From assembly GCF_964355755.1 (NCBI RefSeq), contig NC_092672.1:29890437-29954436 (forward strand): a DNA stretch of 64,000 nt, given 5' to 3'. Positions 50,401-64,000 of the stretch are shown here, piece after piece. The stretch's first letter is position 1. Each line of letters starts with the position of its first letter. A program made the position numbers and the translations under genes. The DNA is from Antedon mediterranea (lineage: Eukaryota; Animalia; Echinodermata). Under the pieces are notes generated by a model, which was not told the origin of the DNA, made no database searches, and was given only the letters and a program-made list of their open reading frames with translations.

Positions 50401-53400
50401 ATCTCCTGAACTAACATAGTACAGTATAAGTCAAATTAATTGTTCTAATTTTTTTTTTATTGCTGCCTCAAAGAATATTATATAATAGTAACAATATCAG
50501 AAAGGTAGATAGGTATTGTAATAATTTTTAAATTTAAAAATGTTAAAAAAAATATGAATATATGTTTATACATACATTATAAATGAAATATATTAACTAC
50601 TATTTTAGTAATGCATACACACAAGTACAGAATATCAGAAATCAATGAATCATGTGTCTAAATGTGGCATTATTAGGCTAATTTGCTTTGAGAAAAACAT
50701 TGATGCCATTGGCCTATACAAAAATCAAGGCAATTAGACAAAATATTTACATAAACAATACTAATATTGGTAGGCATAAAATAATAGTGTATATAAACTT
50801 TCCTTAAATAATAACAGTATAGGGCCTTACCAATTTATTTAATACATAATATATGAACTATATTACACATAAAAAGTATAAATGAATTTATAAGGACATG
50901 ATGATTATCAAAAATAGTCAATATAATTAAATTTTAAACTCATTACCGGCATTATAAATAATATTTTAAAAAGATAAGAATGCAAGTAAATATCAGATTC
51001 ATAGTCCTCATTATACACAATGATTTCCTACTATCACATATTAAAATATAAAACAATCATGTAGCCTTTAATGACTTTACATGGAGGTCTATTCAAATAA
51101 ATTTAAATAAAAGGGTCATAATATGTCTTCGTCTCCAGTTCGTGGAAATTGAAGTTAGGATTCCATCATTTCAACAACAAAAAATATTCAAAATATCCTG
51201 CCAGTTTGCATTCAAGACCTGCAACCTGCTTAGTTTTTAATACGAGTACTGCTTTCTATACACATAACTTTGATTTCTGCAAAAAAAACAAAACTCTGTA
51301 ATAATGTACTTTAATTACTGTAATATTAATCTAGGTATAGATTATGTTGACCGGGCCAGTGAGAGTGCGATCGACTGTACTACCATAAGTCCTGTAGGTG
51401 TATACAACTTATTTCTTGTCTACAAAGTGTATAGTAGTATGCTAATAGTACTATTATTAGATTAGGTAGTTGGGAGTAGTTTGGAGAGATACATCTATCT
51501 ATAAAAGAGTACTGTATATATGGAACTATCTGTGTTAGTCGCCTTTGTATTTTTAGATATAATACCAATAGGTACTATGTATTGGGAAACAATTCAACAG
51601 TTATGAATAAAAAAAGTCCTATGTACTCTGTATGTTGGAGGAAATAAGCATAAGAGCAAATAAAGCCTTGACCACAGGGTGTAAGTCACTATTTTGAATC
51701 AGTAGTATGACTTCTTAAGAAGTAATTTAAAAAATATCATTGTATGATCAAAAAGAAATATTATAATATCTAACTTTCTCCTTTATATAAATATATTATT
51801 TTATCCAAGGGGTTGCAAACACAAGTGTTCACATGTCTTGTTAAGTATTGCACCTTTGTCCTGTCTTTATGTTTTCTGTAATGTCACTGCACTAACAGGT
51901 GACCGGTAAACGAGCTTCGCTCTTACGGTTATCCATCCATATAAGTTGTTCATCTCTTATGTTCAGAAATTGAAATGGTAAATAAACTGAAACTGAAACT
52001 GTGCTTATGTGGTACAGGTTGACGAGCCAGGAATGATGGTAGTGCCAGTATACCGTGTAGTTTAGCCTCAAGGCAATACCATGTAGCTGGAGTAGCTTGG
52101 ACAAATACAGTAGAGATTTATGAGACTTGGTGTGTGATGATTCAGTATGATAAATTTGTGCTGTGAAAGACAAAATTGTAGAATTAGGAAGAAAATATTG
52201 TAAAATATAACAAGGAAATTATACTATAGTATAATTAAGGGGTAACCGTATAATACATAATTAATAGTAATAAAGGCAATGGCAATTACTTATATTATGT
52301 ATACATTACAATATTACAAATAAATTCATATATTATTTTATTATAAGGAAATCTGTTTTAGAATGAGAAAAAGCCGTCCCAACACAGATTTGAACCCAGC
52401 TATCAATAAAGCTATAAAACAAAATAGACCATATTGTAGCCGGACTGGGTAGCGTAGACTTACTTGAGGCCTAGGCATAGTACGATTAGCTAGATTAGAA
52501 GGATACAGGTCAACCCGTACCCATGCCATGCCAACACGCTCGTACCCAAATTTTGGTTTACATATATCCAAAATTTTGGCTTACTCGTACCCATCATGGG
52601 CTGCCTAGTAGTAGTAGTAGTAGTAGTAGCCTAGCCTAACTAAGGCAGCAGGCCCGGCCCTAGCCTACTACAACTTAAGTCTAGGCCTAGTCTAGTACTA
52701 GTAGGCCTCTAGGCCTAGCCTAGGCCGTAGTAGTTAACATCATACATACGCCCTAGAGCCTAGTAGTAGCTACCTACTACTCACTAGCTAGGCCTAGGTA
52801 GTAGCAGTAGTAGTTATTGTAGTAGTATTATTGTATTGTAGTATTAGTTGTAGCTGTCCGGTGATCCTTGGTCACTTGTCTAGATCCCCTAGTAGGCCTA
52901 GGCTAGGCCTAGTACGTAGTTATTCTTCAACAGTCACACAATTCAGATTCTGCCGGCCGCTGATTGCTAGTGAACAGGGGGAGGGAGAGAAAGAGTTAGA
53001 AGAACTGAAATAAGCCGTGACGTATAATAAACATCATACAAAATAATAATATAACTAACGAATCCGTATAATATAATAATGTTGTATGTTATAAAGTAAA
53101 GTAAATGCGTTTAATATAATACAATTATATTATAATATAATGTATTTTATTAATAATATAATATTAAATGTTCATAATATAATGCTAAAACCAAATAATA
53201 TAATACAAAAAGTCAATAATTTGTTACATTTTTCACATAATATATTAGAAATAGATATAATTATAATGCTAAAACCAAGTAATATAATGCAAAACGTATA
53301 ATTCATTACAATACAATATATAATATAATAGAAAATGATATAATAATATAATATTTTGAATACTTCAGACAGCTGAGGCTTGCCATAGACGGACGCATTT

Positions 53401-55948
53401 TGTATAATTATTTGTACTCTATGAAATGATGACTTTTTGGCTTTTCCTGTTGTTGTTGCCGCCAAACAATGGGCCAGAATTCATTAATGACTTTGGTTTT
53501 TTTCTCCTTCTTTCTTATAGCCCACTTTTATTCATTCTTTCATATCCTAACATAATAATTAGAATTCTCCCTTTATATAAACCATTATTATCTAACATAT
53601 TTAACATTTGTCCACTTAAATTATTTATGTTATTTTCTGAACAAACAAGACTTATTCAAATTATGTGTCAAATCATGATTTTACCAACAATTCATGACCA
53701 AAGAATATGGGTGGTTTATTATACTTTGTGATGTATCATTCCTTAACCAGTAAAACAATTTCGTCAATGGATTTGGCCCACTGTGTGCCGCAGTCATTAT
53801 TGATCGTTATGTTATTCATTTTTTATCGTTACGGTATCATTATAGATCGTTACGGTATCGTTATCGATGTCACTATCACTATTGATATCAATATTATTAT
53901 GATCAACATTACTTAAATCTTACGTACATCTTAACTTAATTAAATATTTATAAACAGCTCCATCTGATTTTAACAATGAACGAATTTCTGGTGCTGTGGT
54001 AACTATTAAAACGGATGATATGAGTACAGAAACCACGTGTGGTCATACTGTAACAATTGCCGATTCGTTACGCGCTCCATTGATTCAATTTACCTGCAAC
54101 CCACCAATCAGAGGACGCTACGTGAAACTATGGTTTCCGAATAAAATGGAATTCATTACCATTTGTGAAATTAAGGTCTACACAGATTATTTAAGCCAAG
54201 GTAAGTTGTTAGATAAACCTTTTTTTTAAATAGTAGGCCTATTATTTTTACTTTGTTGTTGTTGTTATTTTCTTTGTTTAACTGCCCGATATAACGACAC
54301 ATACACCAGTTGAAAGTCTTCGTCCTGAATTATTTTTTTGGATATACAAAAAGGCAATGTCTATTGATTTTCTGGAAAATCGATATATTGGTGATGTCAC
54401 AAAAGTAAAAAATGGAACATCCGAATCTTTAATAAGGGATCGAAATATTAAATATCGCGCCCTCTTTTGATCTCCCCTTTTTGTCAAGCGCTTAACTTAT
54501 CTTTGTATTACTTCTTTTTCAGTTTTAATAATTTAGTTATACTCATGTACGACAAGCCAATGTACAGAGACGAGAGTGGGAAAAGATTTTGCACTCTTAC
54601 CATAATTTTATAACTTGATATAATATATTTCAATAAACACAGAAAACCGTTAATAATTTGTTCATATGATACCAAAATTAGCCTATTCTAGGTAGGTCAT
54701 TTGATGTTCTAAATTTTACAGAGCCTCAGTGTGCGACTCCAATCCAAGTCAGTCCATTGAACAAGACTTTCCATTTACAAGACATATCTGGCAATGGAAA
54801 TTACTTAAGTGGATCGCCTGATATAGCATTTACTACTGGTATTTATGGCGAGCAAGATGGAGCAGTATTGATAAACAAAGATATTGGTTCGCAAATAACA
54901 TTACTCTATGGACACAAAGGCCCAACTTTTACATTGGCTTTCTATGTTTTCATGAACGACAGTTCGAAAAAGGCCTTCGTTTATTCCAACTCATTTGAAA
55001 TTATATTTGCGTTTCCTGTTGATCATCTGTTTCATGTGTCAGAGGTAGCGGTTAATTACAACTTTTATGGTGAAGTTATTTGTTGCAATGTCATGCGTTC
55101 TGAAGAGTGGACATTCTTTGCTCTTACATTCAACGGATTCGAAAGAAAAATACGACTTTGGCGAAACGGGGAGATTGCTTGTATGACTGATACGGAATTC
55201 TCGGAAATCAATTTTGGAAGCATTGTGTTTGGTGGTGACGAGAGTGTAATGAAGATGGCTAAGCTACAGGTTTACCGTGAGAGCCTTGATGAATATGAGA
55301 TCAAAGAAGCGAGAGACCTGCAAAATGTTATTAGAAGTAAGAATTATTGTCTTTAGTAAATAGACATACACATCAGTTAATGATTATGATTATCAGTTGA
55401 AATCATTGTAATCATCACCATATTCACTATCAGTGTCATCATCATCATCATCATCATCATAAATGTATTCATTTTATTTATTGTTTTGTTATCGTTATTA
55501 TCAACATAATTATATATTCATTGTATTCTTGTTGTTTCTGGTGTTGGAGTCATAACTCCTTTTATGTATATTTTTTATCCTTTCTAAAATTAGTACTATA
55601 GTTTATAGTAAGGTATTTTCTAATAACAATGCCGTTTTTACTGTCGCCTTTTTCCTTTGATTCTGATTTAAAGGTAATATATATTTTTATTATTTTGCAG
55701 GTGATGAATGCTCGAAACCAAACCTTTTCCACGTCCACGTTTCCACAACTGGAAATGCGCCACCATCGGTTATAAGCCGTTCTTCTACACACTCGGAGGT
55801 CTTCTGCGTATTGAGATGTCGCAGAAACATAAATTGTTTTGGAATTATTTATGATCACAAAACAAAAAGCTGTGAAGAATTTAACGGAAATAATTTGTTA
55901 AATATTGAGACAGACTTAATTCGCAAGTACTACGTAGCAGTTCGGTAA
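44426..55948 (+). CDS. Copy F (intact): F-type lectin + LamG + PAN protein; intron 3 carries a 7.25-kb palindromic element
   Basis: Exons 44426-44483, 45172-45279, 45683-45766, 53958-54200, 54722-55336, 55701-55948; lengths equal copy C, splice sites canonical, frame open to TAA. Confidence 0.8.
46133..53387. mobile_element. 7255-bp foldback (giant inverted repeat) element, IS3EU-like termini
   Basis: Ends TATGGCAAGCCTCAGCTG...CAGCTGAGGCTTGCCATA, 6-bp TSD GACGGA (46127-46132 / 53388-53393), empty site in B (~12642). Arms ~46133-49671 / ~49855-53387; mirrored ORFs in the supplied track confirm the inversion. Confidence 0.93.
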
Positions 55949-58505
55949 ACTAATTGTAAGTTTAAAATTGTGATTTAGGCCTACTATTACCGAAAATATA
56001 GTAAAAGGCTACATGGCTTTCTATCTCCCTAAAATTTATTGTGCAAAAAAGGACATAGTAATTTCATTTTTACTATTTTAAAATATTTCGAACGCGGCAG
56101 CATTGATACAAATCAAAATTGACTTGGAAAATAAAACATCACAGATCGCTTTATGTTACTGATACCGATTTTATTTAATATTGGGGATGATTTAACATTT
56201 GGGAGAAAATCTGTCTAAAGATTATTAAATTAAATTATTAAAATTATTAAAATATGTTCTTGGTCAGGCAATTATCTTTTGATAGCGTCACCACGTCTAC
56301 AAATTTGATTGACCTTGGTAACGTAATGTCACGTGTATTATGAATGGTTTATTATTCTACGTGTCATTCAAAGTATATTGCGCCCCCTTTCGCTCTTATA
56401 GCTGAATTGTATTATCATCAGAAAAATAACATTTAAAAAAACACAACCTGACATAAAGAAATATGATATATATTAATTGTATTATGCTGGACTCTATAAC
56501 TAAATAAAGTTTTTACATAATAAAATAAAATGATAATAATAAATAAATAATGAAATCATAATAAAAATTGAATAATAAAACAATTAAAATACATATATAG
56601 ATATATATATATATATTTATAAACACATCAGGCACAGAAAAAGAAATAACAATAAAAATAAAGGAATCAAAATAAAAGAAACATGAGACAGACAGCAAAT
56701 ATTTCAGGACAGTTTCAAAGAAAGGAAGTTGTTCATGTTAATTCTGACTAAATGAAATGTTCAGTAAATGTAGTCAGTAACATACAACAGTCGTGAGGTA
56801 ATTTCCCGATTGATTGTAATCAAAACGGTACTGGGTATGGTCTACTAGTTTTCTGCTCCCAACCAGTACATGCATTCATAGAAGCTTTGATGAAGTAAGC
56901 CTACCTGGTGGTAACCATAGAACTGTTCCGAGATAACGACTAAACTTCGGCTTTAGTCGATAGAAGATTGAAAAAATTGTTAGAGATTATAGCAGATAAA
57001 TGTGATATTTAAGGTTGTATATTGTTTGTTATTACATTAAATTAGATATATATTGTACCACAGTAGAGCTTTAACGAAAGTTTAGCAACTTTGTGTAAAC
57101 ATTTTTATTATCATTTACAATTTGTCAAAAATTAACCAGTAAATTGATGTAATAGTTTGCAAATGACAGTTGTAGCCGATAAATAAAATAATTAACTAAA
57201 TACAAATAACAACAAAATAAATCAATCATTTTTTTTTTCATTTGTTCACTTTTGAAAAAATGTAAAATATCATAACACATTAAGATTAAAGGAAAGGAAA
57301 TATTCTAAAAGGTTCCAATTCCACGAATTGAAAAAATGACGTTTCGTTTAATATGGCTAATAATAGAGATTTTTAGACAAGAATTTCCCTTCTCATCAAT
57401 CAAAGGTTTTAATTCTGTTTTCAATTTTTACAAAAACTTTTATCTTGAATGTTTTGAACTTGATCGTTTGTATATTATTCGTTTTATTATAATAGAATTT
57501 AAAATATATTTAGTCAATTCTAAAGTTTGCTAGTGTCGATTTCTGCAACTTGTTTTCTGCAGATTGTCGAAGTTTGTCAACGGTTTTATACTTGTAAACT
57601 TTTGAAAACCTTTCTTGATAAACTCGGAGTCTCCTCGAGTTTACAGTTGTTAGATTAACATCATTAGGTAAAACAAAAGTTTATTAAGTAGAAAACGTTT
57701 ACATTTTTTACTATGTTTTAAGAAATTACATTATATTTTCGCCTAGACTGTTCGATTCACAATATCGCGATAAAACGTCCTCTATTGTGTTTCAACTTTG
57801 ACAAAACTTTATTCTGTTTTGAACTCGTCTGTTGTACAATATAATTTTAAATAAATTTAATGAAAATAGTAAATACGTCATTATTGACAGGCTAGCTAAT
57901 TAGACTACGACAATCCATCGAGATCAATGGCAATGTTTTAATATACAGAAGTCTTATGCGTTGCTGAGGTCAAATTTCTATAACCCAAGAATAGTTACTC
58001 AATTATTTAGTGAAGCATCCATTCATTGACTGCGGCTGTAAGTAACGAAGATTCTAAATTTCATCCGCCAGAGCGCCTCTTAAGTTTACGCATGTGCACT
58101 TAATTCCTATAAGTAAACTATCTTAAACGTTGAGGGCACTTTTGGAAAGTGGTTCTTCCAAGGTCACTGTGTTTTTTAAAATTATGCATTTAAATAGTTA
58201 ATCAATATTCATTACAATCGGTAATCTATAGTTTTGCCTCAAATATGAACAATTTAAATTTTTACATTTATGATCAAGTTTTGTTCACTATAAATTTTAA
58301 TTATTATATTGTTAACACATCATGCATACAAACGTTTGTATTGTTTGAGTGTTACATTAAAAATTATTTTAATATGTATGCAAGCGTAGTAGGATTACAA
58401 TGCCAGTTTCTTAACAGAAAGAATGTAACCAACATACATACTTCGGAAATAGATGTTCAAGTAACAAGTCAATCCGTTTTACAAGAGAAAAACTTAATCG
58501 AACTC

Positions 58506-61500
58506 ATGATGTATTTGTTTATTTGTTTTTGTTTTCTTTTCACCTTTTTGAATTCTCGTGCGGGTGAGTTGATTTAAATTTTTTTCTTCAAGCAGGTAGT
58601 ACTAATATAACAATTTTGAAATGCTATGATAGGCCAACTTGATATGCATTCTTACATCTTCAGATTGGTGTTTTGTGTATTTCAGTCAAAAAAAATGTGT
58701 TTTTTTGTGCTAAAATGCAATATTAAAGCACAGTAAACATATATTTAAAAATAACTAATTCATAAAAACATTCCAAATTCAATTACAATATTTATGAGGA
58801 GAATAGTAAATAATGTATTTAAAATTCATATAGAAAAAAAATATAATGTAATATTTATGAGAATGTTTATTTTCGTGTGTTTAAAAAATGTATGTAAATA
58901 TTATTATGATATTTGCAGTCTTCTGCTTTAAAATATAATGAATATAGTTCTTTGAAAGAGAATGAAAAAACCGGTCTACATAATTTTAGATTCTTTTCTT
59001 TATTAAAATACATTTTTCTTATGTACAATTTTTAATAAACGTATTTGAAAGAAATATAAAACTAATAATAAATTTAAGATTTATAGCTAATAGAAAAGAA
59101 TTTTGGAACGACGATAAAGGAATGAACATATCGCTACTTTTTAAAGAATCATTATTTGTAACCAATTAAATCAAAATAGTAGATTTCTTAATAATTTATA
59201 TAAGTGTCTGATTCCTTATACTTATCTCATATATGTACTATAATGCATAGCTCGTTGACAAATTGTAATAAAATAAAATCGTATTTCAGCACTCATATCT
59301 TATGGAAAGCCAGCAACATCATTGTCTGTATATCAAAGTTTTCTACCTGTATATTCGACTGACGGGAAGGAAATAGAACCAGACTGTTTCCATTCAGGTG
59401 ATATACTGTCTAGGCCACCGTAATCTAAAATAAATAATTATGTACAACGATCCATATATAATTATACCATGGAGAAATAAGTTATATTTCTCCATCCATG
59501 GTTATATACGAAATTCGCATGGGTTAGGCCTATTTGGTTTGCGCGAGATGAACATTTATACAAATGCCAACAAAGGGATTTGGCGTTTTTTCATCGATTT
59601 TGGCATAAAACTTATTCCATTCGTGAAACTGTAATTCAGCTATTCAAGTGTCAAGAATTGCAATTGAGGAGATTTTATTTTCGGGCTATACTGGGCCACG
59701 GAAATATGGCGAATATTTACTATTGGCCGCCTTGGCTATACGCTATTTAGGGCTATAACTTTACGTAAACAGATACAAATTCATAACATAAATATTTACA
59801 TTTTTTAAAGCACAAACACAGGTTGGTGAATGGCTGAAAGTTGATCTTGGAGCCGACTATACGATTACAACAGTGGTCATCATTAATAGAATAAGTAAAC
59901 TTTTTTATTGCAATTATTAATGTCATTTTCACCTTCCATTCCACGTACAATTATCATTTTTATACGTATTTAACTTATCATTTTACCTAATAATATATAA
60001 AAATAATATAATATATTATAAAATAATATATAAATATATAAAACAATATTATTGTTTTATATATTTGCACATTCTACAAAAGTAGTTAAGGCGCTTGTGG
60101 AAAACAAAAGAAAAACAAAAATTACCAAATCTAGTCAAAACTCCACATAACTGCTTTCCGTTTACTATAGTACAAAACTCATATTTGTTTGTTAGTTATG
60201 TGAGCGTCTCACTAGACAATACAAAGCAGTAGGGTGGGGACGGACGCATTTTGTATAATTATTTGTACTCTATGAAATGATGACTTTTTGGCTTTTTCTG
60301 TTGTTGTTGCCGCCAAACTCGTTTGGCTTTATGACATTTGTTTTTTTCTCCTTCTTTCTTATAGCCCACTTTTATTAATTCTTTCATATCCTAACATAAT
60401 AATTAGAATTCTCCCTTTATATAAACCATTATTATCTAACATATTTAACATTTGTCCACTTAAATTCTTTATGTTATTTTCTGAACAAACAAGACTTATT
60501 CAAATTATGTGTCAAATCATGATTTTACCAACAATTCATGACCACGTGATGTTTCATTCCTTAACCAGTAAAACAATTTCATCAATAGATTTGACCCACT
60601 GTGTGCCGCAGTCATTATTGATCGTTATGGTATTCATTGTTTATCGTTACGGTATCATTATCAATCGTTACGGTATCGTTATCGATATTGATGTCACTAT
60701 CAGTATTGATCAATATTATTATGATCATCATTACTTAAATCTTACGTACATCTTAACTAAATATTTATAAACAGCTTCATCTGATTTTAACAATAAACGA
60801 ATTGCTGGTGCTGTGGTAACGATTAAAACGGATGATAATGAGTACACAAACCACGTGTGGTCATACTGTAACAATTGCCGATTCGTTACGCGCTCCAATT
60901 CAATTCAATTCAATTAAAACTTTATTATCCCCATGGGGAAACTCTGTTGGCCTTTTCAAAAGTACAGTACATACAAATATAAAATGGATACAGTACATAA
61001 AATATAAAATACGATAACAAAAAAAGCCATACAAAATATACATATAAAATCCTAAAAAGTCGATTTAAAATACTACAAAAAATTTACCTGCAATCCACCA
61101 ATCAGAGGACGCTACGTGAAACTATGCTTTCCGAATAAAAGGAATTCATTACCATTTGTGAAATTAAGGTCTACACAGATTATTTAAGCAAAGGTAAGTT
61201 GTTAGATAAACCTTTTTTTTAAATAGTAGGCCTATTATTTTTACTTTGTTGTTGTTGTTATTTTCTTTGTTTAACTGCCCGATATAACGACACATACACC
61301 AGTTGAAAGTTTTCGTCCTGAATTATTTTTTTGGATATACAAAAAGGCAATGTCTATTGATTTTCTGGAAAATCGATATATTGGTGATGTCACAAAAGTA
61401 AAAAATGGAATATCCGAATCTTTAATAAGGGATCGAAATATTAAATATCGCGCCCTCTTTTGATCTCCCCTTTTTGTCAAGCGCTTAACTTATCTTTGTA

Positions 61501-62962
61501 TTACTTCTTTTTCAGTTTTAATAATTTAGTTATACTCATGTACGATAAGCCAATGTACAGAGACGAGAGTGGGAAAAGATTTTGCACTCTTACCATCATT
61601 TTATAACTTGATATAATATATTTCAATAAACACAGAAAACCGTTAATAATTTGTTCATATGATACCAAAATTAGCCTATTCTACGTAGGTCATTTGATGT
61701 TCTAAATTTTACAGAGCCTCAGTGTGCGACTCCAATCCAAGTCAGTCCAAACAAGACTTTCCATTTACAAGACATATCTGGCAATGGAAATTACTTAAGT
61801 CGATCGCCTGATATAGCATTTACTACTGGTATTTATGGCGAGCAAGATGGAGCAGTATTGATAAACAAAGATATTGGTTCGCAAATAACATTACTCTATG
61901 GACACAAAGGCCCAACTTTACATTGGCTTTCTATGTTTTCATGAACGACAGTTCGAAAAAGGCCTTCGTTTATTCCGACTCATTTGAAATTATATTTGCG
62001 TTTCCTGTTGATCATCTGTTTCATGTGTCAGAGGTAGCGGTTAATTACAACTTGTATGGTGAAGTTATTCGTTGCAATGTCATGCGTTCTGAAGAGTGGA
62101 CATTCTTTGCTCTTACATTCAACGGATTCGAAAGAAAAATACGACTTTGGCGAAACGGGGAGATTGCTTGTATGGCTGATACGGAATTCTCGGAAATCAA
62201 TTTTGGAAGCATTGTGTTTGGTTGCGACGAGAGTGTAATGAAGATGGCCAAGCTACAGGTTTACCGTGAGAGCCTTGATGAATATGAGATCAAGGAAGCG
62301 AGAGACCTGTACAAGGTTATTAGGAGTAAGAATTATTGTCTTTAGTAAATAGACATATACATCAGTTAATGATTATGATTATCAGTTGAAATAATTGTAA
62401 TCATCATCATATTCACTATCAGTGTCATCATCATCATCATCATCATCATCATAAATGTATTCATTTTATTTATTGTTTTGTTATCGTTATTATCAACAAA
62501 TACATTCATTGTATTCTTGTTGTTTCTGGTGTTTGAGTCATAACTCCTTTTATGCATATTTTTGTATCCTTCTAAAATTAGTACTATAGTTTATAGTAAG
62601 GTATTTTCTAATAACAATGCTGTTTTACTGTCGCCTTTGTCTTTTTATTCGGACTTAGAAGTAATATACATTTTTATTATTTTGCAGGTGATGAATGCTC
62701 GAAACCAAACCTTTTCCACGTCCACGTTGCCACAACTGGAAATGCGCCACCATCGGTTATAATCCATTCTTCTACACACTTGGAGGTCTTCTGCGTATTG
62801 AGATGTCGCAGAAACATAAATTGTTTTGGAATTATTTATACTCATGAAACACAAAGCTGTGAAGAATTTAACGGAAATAATTTGTCAAATATTGAGACAG
62901 ATTTAATTAGAAAAAATTTTAAAAAGTACTACGTAGCAGTCCGGCAAAACTGTTGTAATTGA
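58506..62962 (+). pseudogene. Copy G, mosaic pseudogene
   Basis: Exons 58506-58563, 59290-59397, 59811-59894, 60775-61193 (+1 nt and ~180-bp insertion), 61715-62325 (-3 and -1 nt), 62688-62962 (open, extended C-terminus ..RQNCCN*). Confidence 0.85.
60898..61080 (-). mobile_element. Short retroposon 3' end inserted in exon 4 of copy G
   Basis: Interrupts CGCTCCA..AATTTACCTGC; on the minus strand AATAAA is followed by an (AATTG)n tail, typical of CR1/L2-type 3' ends. Confidence 0.7.
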
Positions 62963-64000
62963 ATAATACTGGAAATAAAAAAGTCAATACAATAAAGTAG
63001 AAAGTGAAAAACAAAATAATACTAATAAAACAAATAATAAATCAAGGATTTAACATTTTTTAAATGTTGTAAAAAGGAACAAAGACAATGTTTTTATTTT
63101 CATCTTTTCTATAACAAGAATATTCATGTTAGAGAGTAAAAAATGTTTACATAATTAGGTAAAAATGTTTACATAATTAGGTAAAAATGTTTACATAATT
63201 AGGTAAAAATGTTTACATATTATTATACAGTTAAATTGTTTACATATTATTAGTAGGTAGGCTTAGGTTTGCATTTAGGTAAAAACAAAAAATAACATAT
63301 TAGTTTATTTATTAAGTAGAAAAGGTTTACATTTCTAACTATGTTTTAAGAAATTACATGATATTTTCGCCTAGACTGTTCGATTCACAATATCGCGATA
63401 AAACTTGCTCTATTGTGTTTCAACTTTGACAAACTTTATTCTGTTTTGAATTCTTTTGTAGAATATAATATTAACTAAATGTAATGAAAATATTATCATT
63501 ATTGATAGGCTATAGATAATTAGACTACCGTATACGACAATCCATGAGATCAATTGTTTTTTTAATGCGTTGCTGAGGTCAAAGTTCAATAATCAAGAAT
63601 GGTTACTCAATTATTTAGTGAAGCATCCATTCATTGAATTTAGTTACTACTGCTGTAAGTAAGGAAGATTCTAAATCTCATCGCCAGAGCGCCTCTTTAG
63701 TTTACGCAGGCGCATTTAATTCCTATAAGTAAACTATCTTAAACGTTGAGGGCACTTTTGGAACGTGGTTCCTCCAAGGTCACTGGTTTTTTTTTTTCAA
63801 TTATGCATTTAAATAGTTAATTAATATTCATTCATTACTACCGGTAATCTATAGTTTGGCCTAAAATTATAAAAAATTCACATTTTATGATAAAGTTTTG
63901 TTCAATACAAATTTAAATTATCTCTTATTGTTAACACAAATCATGCATTCACACGTTTGTATTGTGCTACATTTTTTGAATATGTATGCAAGCGTAGTAG

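Larger units (their letters stand above)
36976..59500 (+). repeat. Higher-order segmental duplication of positions 1 to ~18800
   Basis: Offset ~36975; A=E and B=F share stops, the 2.2-kb TE, the orphan exon and flanks; they differ by the Academ-like and foldback insertions. Right boundary approximate. Confidence 0.85.

Noticed and set aside
46507-53013. Mirrored short ORFs in the palindrome as real genes
   Set aside because: They are 60-90 aa with no recognisable motifs, and their identity simply reflects the inverted repeat.
46133-53387. Polinton/Maverick, or a fold-back read artefact
   Set aside because: There are no AG..CT termini and no polB, integrase or capsid ORFs. An artefact is unlikely because the arms differ by substitutions and indels, both ends carry the TSD, and host sequence resumes correctly.

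Overview
This is AT-rich eukaryotic (animal, probably marine invertebrate) DNA with no prokaryotic features. The window is a head-to-tail + strand array of one 6-exon gene, all introns phase 1. It encodes a ~451-aa secreted protein: signal peptide, F-type (fucolectin/F5-8C-like) lectin domain, LamG/ConA-like jellyroll domain and PAN/Apple-like domain. Seven copies (A-G), orphan or remnant exons and the upstream flank of an eighth are visible. Only C (17762-21950) and F (44426-55948) have intact spliced reading frames. A ~37-kb-offset higher-order duplication and mosaic copies point to unequal crossover and gene conversion. Paralogs supply empty sites, so many insertions can be read exactly: a 7.25-kb giant palindromic element with a 6-bp TSD (IS3EU-like), a 2.2-kb element with RSS/Transib-like asymmetric ends, an Academ-like element carrying nested elements, nested LINEs, a partly inverted polyadenylated Penelope-type fragment and recurrent TA->TAGGCCTA micro-insertions. 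Family names come from recalled motifs; no database search was run.
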